A stretch of DNA of 64,000 nt from Nitrospirota bacterium (lineage in GTDB: Bacteria > Nitrospirota > UBA9217). Below, in pieces: positions 54,325 to 64,000 of the stretch. The DNA is taken from NCBI GenBank assembly GCA_963845065.1, contig CAWJQQ010000009.1, forward strand, positions 736,001 to 800,000. The letters run 5' to 3'. The translations under genes were made by a program, and so were the position numbers. Under the pieces are notes generated by a model that saw only the letters and a program-made list of their open reading frames with translations, had not been told where the DNA came from and ran no database searches. Numbering within the stretch: position 1 is the first letter of the stretch; each line of letters starts with the position of its first letter.

Positions 54325-54655
54325 AATATCAGATGCTGGATGGGGACATTTTCTCAATTATCTTGAATACAAAGCGAAGAAGCTGGGTGCAAGTTTAAGA
54401 AAGTCGCTTCTCACCACACATGCATCATCTGCAGCTGTTGTGGAGAACGAGTCCCCAAAGCGCTTGCCGAAAATATGCATAGTTGCCTTTTATGTAAGAC
54501 TGTTCTGGACCGCGACCACAACGCTGCAATAAATATCCTGAAAAAGTCTACGGCAGGAACTTCCGAAAACTACGCTTGGGGAGAGGCGGTGCATCAATGC
54601 CTTTCAACGAACCAAAAAGCCTCGTCCGTAACAGGTTGTAGGCGAGGTAGTTCAC
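54325..54655 (+). pseudogene. tnpB: tnpB C-terminal remnant with right end
   Basis: ISDAGWGHFLNYLEYKA, CSCCG, CLLC, DRDHNAAINIL, STAGT; ends GGCGAGGTAGTTCAC; frameshifted. Confidence 0.85.
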
Positions 54656-54954
54656 CAATATTAGATGGTGATTAAATTATCGGGATTATAGAAGATGCGC
54701 AGAATGCTGGCTGGAGTTTGCAATAAAAAACTTTCTAAAGTTTGCACAGAACATCATTGGGGTCGGATATAATTAACTAAGATAATGGCAATTGCTTTTG
54801 TTGCGGAACGTAAAGGAATAATTACTAATGGCTATCTTCAAGTGATGCTCCTTCGCTGTTGGAGGCAGATGAAGAATTTAAGCGGATTGAGGGTTTACGC
54901 AATACATTGAGACTTGAGAGAAGACTCAAAATTCATTAACGGGAGCGTACACAT

Positions 54955-55344
54955 ATGAAATGGCTCGAAAAGTACACAGATGAGGCTTACGCGCTATTGC
55001 GCATTATGGCAGGATTCATGTTTTCATTTCACGGAGCTCAGAAAATCCTGGGCGTGCTTTCAGATTTTCGGCCGGCATTTGGATCCCAACTTTGGTTGGG
55101 GGGTGTCATTGAACTTCTTGCAGGACTGGCGGTACTGCTTGGTTTTAAAACGCGCGTGGCGGCTTTTCTCAGTAGCGGTGAAATGGCCGTGGCTTATTTC
55201 CAATACCACTGGAAATTCCAAATCGACGCAAAGTTTTTCCCAGCAATTAACAAAGGCGAGTTGGCCGCCCTCTACTGCTTTGTTTTTTTCTATATCGCCT
55301 GTCGGGGCGGGGTAAAATGGAGTTTAGACAAAAGGGGTCGATAG
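54955..55344 (+). CDS. DoxX family membrane protein
   Basis: LLRIMAGFMF.FHGAQK, SGEMAVAYF, NKGELA, WSLD. Confidence 0.9.
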   Translation: MKWLEKYTDEAYALLRIMAGFMFSFHGAQKILGVLSDFRPAFGSQLWLGGVIELLAGLAVLLGFKTRVAAFLSSGEMAVAYFQYHWKFQIDAKFFPAINKGELAALYCFVFFYIACRGGVKWSLDKRGR

Positions 55345-56695
55345 TCATAAAGTGCTTCAGCTGACCCTGCATATGCTGTCGTGGTTAGTCTAAGTTGGTT
55401 CGATATTTGATTTTAAAGAAAATTTAGTGGGGCCATATATTTGAGGTGTGTCGTCAAGAAAAAGGTCTCTCATTCCTAGAGACAGGATGATCCTCGCCAA
55501 GCCTTTGAGGTAACTTCGAAAAAGTCGATCAGTACCAAATACTCGCGCAGATAGTACAAGTATGGCTTGGTGGAAGGTGTCCATTACCGATGTTTTAGCG
55601 GCAAGGAAACCCTTGACTCTAGCCATGGGGATAAATTGCTGTGCAGATGACTTTTCCTGTCATCGCTGAATATGTATCATACGCTCTTTGATAACCAAAG
55701 GTGTGAGGTTCCGGTGAGAAATTCAGCGGGTGAATTCTTTGTCTGTATTCGACATTGCCGGCCTGATTAAGCCTGGTCGGATGCTTGCTTGCTCCGAGAA
55801 CGGGCGATCTCGAGATTGCAATATCAAGCGCCGAATGGTGTGATTTTTATCTATCGGCTTTGGTTTGCGCCCCTGATAAAAAGTTGCTTTTATGTTAAAG
55901 ACCTCATGCTCGACCCATATAAAACAGATCAACGACAATCTAGATAAGCAACTTAAATTTGTTGCCGAAGCGTTTGCAAGAATTGCCGTTCGAAACCCGT
56001 GCCTTCAGGCGTGGGGTAGGCGGAGGTAACTGCTGAGCCTGACCCAAAGGGCATCTGTTGCTGCTAGACAATCAGATTAATCCAACGGCTTCATTCTGGT
56101 AAAGAGTTCGAGGGGACTGGAATCGGTCTCGCCATAGTTGCGTGGACCATTTGTCGTCACGAAGGAACGGTCTGGGCAGAAGGAGAAGTTAGCAAAAAGG
56201 CGACGATGTATTTTACGCTGGGGGAAAATACCAGGATTAAATGAATGGGCAAGAGTGAATAACTAGCACGCATGATGATAATGTATTCGTTTCATGCTAA
56301 CAGTCCTTGTTATACAATGCCCGCTCAAGTGAGATTATCATACAACCAACAATCCCCTTTCCCAATGATTACGAGAATCATGTCCTGTTGATGAACGTTG
56401 TGTTAATAAAAATCTGATGGGATTTCTGAACTGCAGTAGCCTCAAGATGAGAGCCTGATCGGGTTTTCCTCCGGGGTAGGAAAACGGCGCCGTAGTGGAT
56501 TCTGCTCGTCCCGAAAATGGCAGGGATGAGACGGGGTCGAGGCCAAGCGCAAAATCCGTTTGGACAAAAGTTTGAAATGAATTCTGGTGGCCATCGTCAT
56601 TAATGTCAGTTTGGAATATTACTATCAGGCACCCGTCAAAGCGCGAGGATTTCAAAAAAAAGTAAAAGAGGAACGCCTTTGCAGGTGCCGCACGG

Positions 56696-58819
56696 TCAAG
56701 GGCAAGAGGCCGTGAACTTCTTCGATGAATCCGATTTACTTTGGTGTCTATTTTCGGCCATAATTTTTGTGAACTCTTCTGGAGGCAGCGGTCTGTTAAA
56801 GAAATACCCTTGCGCCTCGTCGCACCGAATTTCGGTAAGGCAGGAAAGCTGCTCCGCGGTTTCCACTCCTTCGGCAACGACAGATATTTTCATTTGATGG
56901 GCCATGGCGGTCACGGCGCCTACAATCGCTCGGTCATCCGGATCGTTGGCGATGTCTTTGACGAACGTTTGATCTATTTTGAGCCTTTGAAACGGCAGTC
57001 TCTTTAGATTGTTCAAAGACGCATAACCCGTGCCGAAATCATCAATGGTGATGCGGACTCCCTTTCCAGCCAGTTCATGAAGACAGTCGATTGTGCGAGC
57101 GACTGCAACTACTGCAACGCTTTCCGTAATCTCAATGTCAACGAAGTGAGGTGGTACCCCCGTTTCATCCAGTATTTTCGAAATTGTATCCGCAAAGCCG
57201 GGCTTCTGAAATACCCGGGAAGAGAGGTTTGCCGCAATGGATAAAGGAGCATACCCTGCGTCTAGCCACGTCTTGAGTTGCATGCAAGCGGTCCGTAAGA
57301 CCCACTCATCAATGGTCGTGATAATCCCGATGGATTCGGCAGTCGGGATGAACCGTTTTGCGTCAAGCAGACCAAGTTCCGGGTGGTTCCAGCGTACGAG
57401 TGCCTCAGCCGAAACGATCCTTCCCGTCCCGATATCAATCTGCGGCTGATAGTGAACTGTTAGTTCTCTGTGCGTCACGGTTCGGCGCAAGGCATTTTCA
57501 AATTTGAGCCGCTCGACAGAACGCCGGTTTATGTCAGGATTGTAAAACTCGAACGTGTTCCTGCCGCGGGTCTTCGCATGATATAGCGCAATGTCCGCAT
57601 ATCGGAACAACGATTCAATAGTGTTGCTGTCATCAGGATAGACGCTTATACCCATGCTGGCCGTTATGGTGAACTCATGGCTGGCAATCACGCATTTCTC
57701 CCGGAAGGCGTCCAGAATTTTCCGCGCAATGTCGGTGATATCCTCAGGCCGCGTGATGCCTGCAAGAAGTATACTGAACTCGTCGCCACCGATCCTTGCA
57801 ACAGCGTCTGAATCTCTGATTGAGGCCCGGAGGCGTTCCGCAACCATCCTCAGGAGCTGGTCACCCGCCTCGTGACCCAGTGTATCGTTGACTTCCTTGA
57901 AGCGGTCGAGGTCGAGGAACAGGAGCCCTGTTTTCGTTTGATTACGGCGGGCTTCAGCGATCTCGAAGCGGATCAATTCCATGAACAGCCGTCTGTTCGG
58001 CAGGCCCGTCAGGACATCATGGTGGGCCATATGCGTAATTTCTTCTTCGAGTCTTTTGCGTTCGGTGATGTCCACGATGAAGGCAATTTGGTTTGGTTGC
58101 CCGTCGAGTTTCGCTGCGCCGAAAAGACCCCAATATTTCGATCCGTCACGGCTGAGATATTCAGTTTCGTAGGGTGTGATGCGACCGGTAGTCCTGAACT
58201 CCTCGGACGCTTCTCTCATTCTCGTTTTCCATGCTGATGGGACCAGACGTTCCCAGCGCCGCACCCGGCCCGCGGCCAGATCCTCGCGATTGGCTCCGAT
58301 CATTGCGAGAAACTTATCGTTTCCGTCGATGATCCGCCCATCGGTATCGAAGTACGCTATGCCGATGATGCCACTTTCGCTTAAACGGCGGAAACGTGCT
58401 TCGCTGTTTCGGAGCGCTTCTACGGAACGTTTACGCTCGATGGCATATCGTATGGATCGCACCAGGAGATTGCGGTCTATCTGTCCCTTTGTGAGATAGT
58501 CTTGAACATCCAGATGTAGGGCTTTAATGGCGACCTCGTCGTCGTCAAGCCCAGTGAATACGATGATCGGAATAGTGGGTGATTGCCGCCTGATATCAAG
58601 TACCGAGTCCATGCCCTCGCTATCTGGCAGCCTCAGGTCCAGTAGCACGATGTCAAATGAGACTTCCTTATCGCGTAACAGCTGGAGACCATCAGACAGC
58701 CGTGACGCCTGGACGAAGGTAAAAGAGGGCTCTCTGACCTTTATCAGCATCCGCCTGATCAGCTCGGCATCGTCCGGATTGTCTTCGATCGCGAGCACAT
58801 TGATATGCACGTTTTTCAT
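56696..58819 (-). CDS. REC-PAS-GGDEF-EAL protein
   Basis: IEDN, LLDLRLPD, DYLTK; PAS; GGDEF; AEALVRW; DDFGTG. Confidence 0.93.
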   Translation of the reverse strand: MKNVHINVLAIEDNPDDAELIRRMLIKVREPSFTFVQASRLSDGLQLLRDKEVSFDIVLLDLRLPDSEGMDSVLDIRRQSPTIPIIVFTGLDDDEVAIKALHLDVQDYLTKGQIDRNLLVRSIRYAIERKRSVEALRNSEARFRRLSESGIIGIAYFDTDGRIIDGNDKFLAMIGANREDLAAGRVRRWERLVPSAWKTRMREASEEFRTTGRITPYETEYLSRDGSKYWGLFGAAKLDGQPNQIAFIVDITERKRLEEEITHMAHHDVLTGLPNRRLFMELIRFEIAEARRNQTKTGLLFLDLDRFKEVNDTLGHEAGDQLLRMVAERLRASIRDSDAVARIGGDEFSILLAGITRPEDITDIARKILDAFREKCVIASHEFTITASMGISVYPDDSNTIESLFRYADIALYHAKTRGRNTFEFYNPDINRRSVERLKFENALRRTVTHRELTVHYQPQIDIGTGRIVSAEALVRWNHPELGLLDAKRFIPTAESIGIITTIDEWVLRTACMQLKTWLDAGYAPLSIAANLSSRVFQKPGFADTISKILDETGVPPHFVDIEITESVAVVAVARTIDCLHELAGKGVRITIDDFGTGYASLNNLKRLPFQRLKIDQTFVKDIANDPDDRAIVGAVTAMAHQMKISVVAEGVETAEQLSCLTEIRCDEAQGYFFNRPLPPEEFTKIMAENRHQSKSDSSKKFTASCP

Positions 58820-59693
58820 GTTGTTACCTCAGCTATAGTTTTGTATTCGCAAACCCAAAAATAGCAGTGATCTATTACCACCTAAAAGAATATGATCAGT
58901 TTGATCGGCACCCCACGGAGGAATCTCGTAGCGCGGAACTCGAACTTGTGTATGGCGGTTCCTGGACTAGAACTACGAGGGCTATTGACGAATGCCAATT
59001 TTCTGCTTGGTTTATTGACTCAGCTCTTTTGAGGGCTTTTTTCAAGACGGTATTGAAGGTCCTTGTCATTCACAGAAGCCGCCAATTCATGATTCTCCTT
59101 TGTCTCTTCTTGCAAATGCTATTTATGAACCTCCCCTCCGGTTCCGTTGCGTATATGCACAATGAATGCAGAACTCTATATTTCCATTATAGTCCTCTTG
59201 ATCAAGGGATGGAAGGATTATGACTTTTTGGCAATGATCGAGCGCAACTCGTCTCTTTAGTTAGTGAAAAAACTGATCTGTAGGGGGGAGGGGGAATATA
59301 ATACTAAGATATTATTAATCATCACTGAAATCCTGTATAAAAAATCTAATTCAGAACAGTTTGGTTTTCAACGGAAATATGCGTCTAGGAGCAGGTCTGG
59401 AAATATTGGAGCAAGATAAAGGCTCAAGAGGTTTGCAATGATTATCATAACCTCTCTTCTATAGCACGACGATCCTTACAGGATTTCCCAGGCTGCGCTG
59501 AATTGAAAACAGGGAATCAAACAGGTCGACAGCGCAATCCTCATGGCCACCTACCAGAAACACCGACAATGCGCCACGAGTGTTCCCTATATCTAAATCT
59601 CGGGGTTTGGTAAATCAGGGTACGAATCCCTGATGATAAACGGCAGCAGCACTGTTCGGCTGCCGTCCTAGTCTGTCAGAAATAAAAGGCATG

Positions 59694-60937
59694 CTATATC
59701 GTTTTTGTCAAGTATCAAAGGAAGCTTGAGTATGTTCGATAGGATATGTCTTTGTGTCAATTACAAGGCGCAGTTCTCCTTTCGGAATTTCTGCCGTCAT
59801 CGCTTTTATCGGCGAGTCTCTCGCATCCAAACGAACGATATCTCTAATAGTTATTGTTATTCGGTGTGCCGCGCTTTCGCTTTGGCCGCCTAGAATACCT
59901 TGTCCAGATTCTATCGTTCAAACGAGAGGCCTTTTATTGTATCTAACGAGGTCAAATGCCCTCAACTATGAAGGTCGGGCTCTCTCACCGCAATGTTTAT
60001 TTATATTTTACTGATCATGCTGCCTTTTTCTGCACTTCCTGATCCTCCTGCTTGAGATATTATGGATCAAAGAATTCTTGCTTCTTCATCAGCGTCCAAG
60101 CGATGGCTTAGAGCTTCGCAGACAACTTGACGCGCATCTTTGTGCCAATGCCTTTTTCTCTTGCCAGTCCCTTAAGCTTGTTCGTAAAATATACGATAAA
60201 GTCTTTGTTCTTGAGCGATGCTATCATGGCCGCTTCATATAGCGCATAGCGAAGATCTGATTTTCCCTGTTTGGAAATGACCGGGGTCGCTGAATATGAT
60301 GTCTTCCCGCTCCGATTCGCACAGAGGTCAAGACCGGCCATTTTCAACACTTGCTTCGCACTCGTAAACCGGTGAGGATTCCCGATAGTCCCCAAGACCT
60401 TAGCGGAAAGATCCGGCCCGAATCCTGGAATGCTCAAGAGGTATGTGTACTCGGGAAACTCCAGGCAAGCATTCTCAAGTTTGTTTTCCACCGACTTGAT
60501 GGTTTGTCAAAGCTGCCTCAAACTGTCCACCATGACTTGGGCCTCAAACGATGCCGCTTCTCCCATGGTGCCGCCGATGGAGTCGACCGCTGCCCTCCAG
60601 ATTGCCCCGACCCGGCGCCACGGTGCGGCAGAATGTGTCGTATTCCATTCCGGCAATTGCCGACGGATCGAGGCATTCTCGCATCACTGACAGGGTCTCT
60701 AAAGGGCCGAAGTGGTGGTCAAGCTCAGGGAAATATTGAGCAAGGAGATTATTACGGATACACGCGCTTATACCGTGTTTCCGCTTTTTCATCAATACAG
60801 TTCATAGAAGCCTCCTGTCTCTTGAATTTAGTTCCCGTATAAACTAATTCTTAGCAGGAGGTTTCTATTTTGGATAGATTGAAAGGCAATTTCCTCTATG
60901 CTTAAAAAGGGGAATATAACCTTATGCTCTATCTATA
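59694..60937 (-). mobile_element. internally deleted IS110-family element (RuvC/DEDD domain lost, frameshifts) with about 320 nt 3' non-coding region
   Basis: SIPGFG, AGL...SGK, SKQGKSDLRYAL, KL*AIAWTLMK; start MNCID with AGGAGG; minus-strand right end CTTGACAAAAACGATATAG; TATAG also at the left boundary (limits tentative). Confidence 0.75.
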
Positions 60938-61635
60938 TATAACTATGGTTTTAGGAAAGGATCGTGATTTATATTCCTCTATCTTTTTTTACTGCGCTAT
61001 CACTATAGGCACGATAAAGGTCTCTAAAATTATTTAAAGCTTGGGAATTATAACTATTTACACTGACATAACATATCGCCTTGACTTCCTACCTTAGTGC
61101 GCTATCATAAAAGGGAAAGCCACTTAGCATAAAAATGGCTAACAATATGAGGTCGTTGCGCTTAAGCATGCATCAAAGGAATCATCGATACGGCATCAGA
61201 TTCCCGAGGAGAAAGGGGCCAAGATGGTAGACAAATTATTTGACCTTTTCCGAGGGATATGGAAGTATCTTATCCAAAGTATTTGCGGGCTATCGAGCTA
61301 AATATTATCCTGGGGAAAAAATATTTTACAAGGTCGTGTTTATAGTTAGCACGGTGTCAAGGCCGAAAATGCTGCCTGAAACCGCTGGTCCATCAGTAGG
61401 CTGACAACGAGTGGTTGGTTGGATATCATTAAAAAAATGATTAGGCTGGTGGGAAATCACTTCATTGCCTCTTTTGTGAAAGCGCTTTGCTGACTCTCAG
61501 AACGGTAAGTAGTTATTTATCAGCGCAGAGAATGTAAGGACAATTACATACGCGTTCGTAGCTATAAGATAGTGTCTCGTCGAGAAAGGTCCCTTCGGAA
61601 TTTGTCAATGACTTTGAGACACCCCTCGTCCGAAT

Positions 61636-62655
61636 TTAGTGTACTTTTTCCTCGCTCAGAGGGACCGGTTTCGGTTTGTTAATCCAAACTGCAGCCGGTA
61701 ATGAAGGAGGAACAGGCGCTTTCTTCACAAACCGTTCAGGATGTGCCTCATACGCGGTGAGAAGCACCTCGCCTCTGGCTTTTTGCACATCCTTCGCAAA
61801 TCCGTAGTGGACGGACTCCGGCGTGTGCAGTCCGATGCCGGAGTGATGATGCTCTGTGTTATACCAGGGAAAGAAGATCTGACCGAAACTTCGGCTATCC
61901 TCGATGCAGCCGAATCGGTCGGGGAAGTCCGGCATATACTTGAGCGTCTTGAACTGAGACTCGGAAAATGGATTATCATCACTCGTATACGGTCTGCTGT
62001 GGGTCTTAGTGATGCCCAGATCGGCCAGGAGCAAGGCAACCGGCCTGGACCTCATGGACGAGCCACGGTCTGCGTGAATAGTGAGTTGTCCTTTTTCGAT
62101 GTTCTGCTTTGCACAGGTTTCCTTGATGAGTCTTTCCGCCAATGCAGCCGATTCCGCAGGGGCGATCATCCAGCCGACGACGTAGCGGCTGAAGATGTCC
62201 AGGATCACATAGAGATAAAAATAGGTCCACTTTGCCGGGCCTAAAAGCTTGGTAATATCCCAGGACCAGACTTGGTTCGGTGCCATGGCCAAAAGCTCCG
62301 GCTTCTGATACACAGGATGGGTGAGCTGGTTCCTGCGTTCCTTGACCTCCTGGTTTTCTTCAAGGATGCGGTACATGGTGCTTATAGAGCATTGATATGA
62401 GCCTTCATCCAATAGGGTTGCGTAGACCTCCTGAGGCGCCTTGTCCACGAACCGATCAGAATGGAGGACGTCAAGCACTCCTTGCCGTTCGTCTGAAGAC
62501 AGAGCACGCGGAGGGCTCGGACGTTTCAGCGGCTCCATGAGAGGCGCATTTTTCCGCGCCTGCGTCCGGTAGAACCCTGAACGAGGGATATCAAGCGATT
62601 CACATGCTGATTTGATCCCGACATCAGAGGAAAGAGTAAGAGCGGCTTCCATCAC
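61636..62655 (-). CDS. IS3-family transposase OrfB (integrase core)
   Basis: WSWDIT, LDIFSR, HADRGS, DNPFSESQFKTLK. Confidence 0.92.
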   Translation of the reverse strand: MMEAALTLSSDVGIKSACESLDIPRSGFYRTQARKNAPLMEPLKRPSPPRALSSDERQGVLDVLHSDRFVDKAPQEVYATLLDEGSYQCSISTMYRILEENQEVKERRNQLTHPVYQKPELLAMAPNQVWSWDITKLLGPAKWTYFYLYVILDIFSRYVVGWMIAPAESAALAERLIKETCAKQNIEKGQLTIHADRGSSMRSRPVALLLADLGITKTHSRPYTSDDNPFSESQFKTLKYMPDFPDRFGCIEDSRSFGQIFFPWYNTEHHHSGIGLHTPESVHYGFAKDVQKARGEVLLTAYEAHPERFVKKAPVPPSLPAAVWINKPKPVPLSEEKVH

Positions 62656-63155
62656 TCGTTCTCTCCATTCTCGTCGGTCGCAATCGGGATCCCCAGAAGC
62701 TGTGATATTTTTTTTTGAACGTCGTTGATGATTTCTGCCTTTCTGAGGCGATTGGTAAGCCGCTCATTCTCCTTGCGGAGCCTCTCGTTCTCTGCTGCAA
62801 GAGGATTGCGGACTGATTCCTTGCGACCCCGCTTCTTAGGCGCGAGGGCGGATAGTACGCCGCGGTCGCGCTGACGACGCCAGGTGTCGAGATTTGATGC
62901 ATAGAGTCCCTCGTGGCGCAGGAGCTTGCCAAGGCATCCAGGTGTGTTGCAGGCATCGGCAAGCGTAAGGACGCGAAGCTTGTATTCAGCCGTAAAACGT
63001 CGCCGAGCGGCTTTAGCCGGAACCTCGGAGTCTGGCAGGATCGAAGGCGCACCTTGAGACGGATTGACTTCTTGCGGGGCTCCGCCCCAGGGAACCTCAG
63101 TCGCCCTACGAGCTCCTTCGTATCCTTGGGTTGCTTTGATCTTTGCTGCTATCAT
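62652..63155 (-). CDS. IS3-family OrfA (HTH plus leucine zipper)
   Basis: RRRFTAEYKL, LLRHEGLY, ENERLRKENERL; 4-bp ATGA overlap with orfB. Confidence 0.88.
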   Translation of the reverse strand: MIAAKIKATQGYEGARRATEVPWGGAPQEVNPSQGAPSILPDSEVPAKAARRRFTAEYKLRVLTLADACNTPGCLGKLLRHEGLYASNLDTWRRQRDRGVLSALAPKKRGRKESVRNPLAAENERLRKENERLTNRLRKAEIINDVQKKISQLLGIPIATDENGENE

Positions 63156-63279
63156 AATGATTTCTCCTCCCCGCCCTCTACTCTAATTTACCATAGGGGA
63201 GGTGTCTCAGTTATATTGACACAGAGGGCTTGATATGCTGCATATCTAATATATTTATGAATGGAGGAGGGAATAGTTA

Positions 63280-63612
63280 ATGACGGAATATTACAAAGCA
63301 GAAGATCTAGAGAAATTTGGCGATGTGGGCAAGCATAACCCGATGCTTTTTAAGAAATTCATCGATTGGTACACAGCGTCACTTGAGCCGGGTATACTGA
63401 CCAAACGGGAAAAAGTGCTTATTGGCGTTGGTGTGGCCCATGTTATCCAGTGCCCGTATTGCATCGATGCATACACAAAGTCCTGCCTGGAGGAAGGCAT
63501 GAGCTTGGAGCACATCACCGAAGCAGTACATGTTGCCTCCGCAATCCGGGGAGGCGCATCATTGATTCATACTCTCCAGGCACACAATGTAGTCGATCGA
63601 AACTCACTATAA
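63280..63612 (+). CDS. AhpD/CMD-like peroxidase associated with arsenosugar-type radical SAM
   Basis: LTKREK.LI..GVAH.IQCPYCIDAY, AIRGGASLIH; adjacent to an arsS-like gene. Confidence 0.85.
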   Translation: MTEYYKAEDLEKFGDVGKHNPMLFKKFIDWYTASLEPGILTKREKVLIGVGVAHVIQCPYCIDAYTKSCLEEGMSLEHITEAVHVASAIRGGASLIHTLQAHNVVDRNSL

Positions 63613-63650
63613 GGCTATATTAACCTACCTGAATAGCATAGCGACGCTCA

Positions 63651-64000
63651 ATGAAGACATTTAAGGAAAAAATCGGAGAGACCTCACCTCAATCTCTCGA
63701 AAGACTTGACCTGAAGATCCTTCAGGTGAACACCGGGTATCGTTGCAATCTTGCATGCAAACATTGCCACATATCTGGAAGTCCCGCCCGCCGAGAGGTC
63801 ATGAATGCAAAGATTGCGGAGAAGGTGATACGCGTTGTAACGGAAAATCCTTTTGAGACGCTCGATATCACCGGCGGAGCTCCGGAATTGAACCCCACGC
63901 TAAGAACGATTATAACAGAAACGAAAAAGGCTGAAAAGAGCGTGACTGTGCGCACCAACCTCACTATCTTCTTCGAACAAGGGCTTGAGTTTTATCCCGA
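63651..64000 (+). CDS. arsS: ArsS-like radical SAM protein (partial, runs off the right edge)
   Basis: Manual translation LQVNTGYRCNLACKHCHISGSP...LDITGGAPELNP...RTNLT. Confidence 0.82.
   Translation, partial: MKTFKEKIGETSPQSLERLDLKILQVNTGYRCNLACKHCHISGSPARREVMNAKIAEKVIRVVTENPFETLDITGGAPELNPTLRTIITETKKAEKSVTVRTNLTIFFEQGLEFYP

Larger units (their letters stand above)
61596..63226 (-). mobile_element. IS3-family element (orfA/orfB)
   Basis: IRs TGTCAATGACTTTGAGACACC (61603) and GGTGTCTCAGTTATATTGACA (ending 63221); exact tips uncertain. Confidence 0.85.

Noticed and set aside
63216..63260. Hybrid promoter from the IS3 outward TTGACA
   Set aside because: No convincing -10 box at 16-18 bp spacing
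1..64000. CRISPR array or cas genes near tnpB
   Set aside because: No regularly spaced direct repeats were seen; tnpB is bounded by IS ends

Overview
Bacterial accessory region of about 45-50% GC. The gene repertoire suggests a Nitrospirota/Desulfobacterota-type organism, which is inference only. It is densely populated by insertion sequences: two IS1380 types (three intact copies plus a remnant), ISL3, an IS3-type element, a deleted IS481-like element, several IS110 fragments, an IS200 tnpA pseudogene, one intact tnpB-only IS605/IS1341 element with IS608-like ends, four 3'-only tnpB/omegaRNA remnants and many isolated IS200/605 hairpin ends. Host genes include a c-di-GMP cluster (three GGDEF-EAL proteins, three PilZ-like proteins, a DHH/NrnB-like phosphoesterase, an ODP-type diiron protein and a type IV pilin). 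Also present are a DUF4105(Lnb-like)/DUF3015/alpha-beta hydrolase locus, lnt, a glmS copy with Cys1->Ser and a frameshifted end, a Tat-signal FAH hydrolase, and the start of an arsS-type radical SAM operon at the right edge. No CRISPR array, tRNA or rRNA was recognised. The most notable observations are: (1) an orphan omegaRNA cognate to the intact TnpB, inserted so that it silently rebuilds a host stop codon; (2) a 420-codon overlapping frame inside IS1380; (3) candidate IS110 bridge-RNA regions; (4) the Lnb-like operon.
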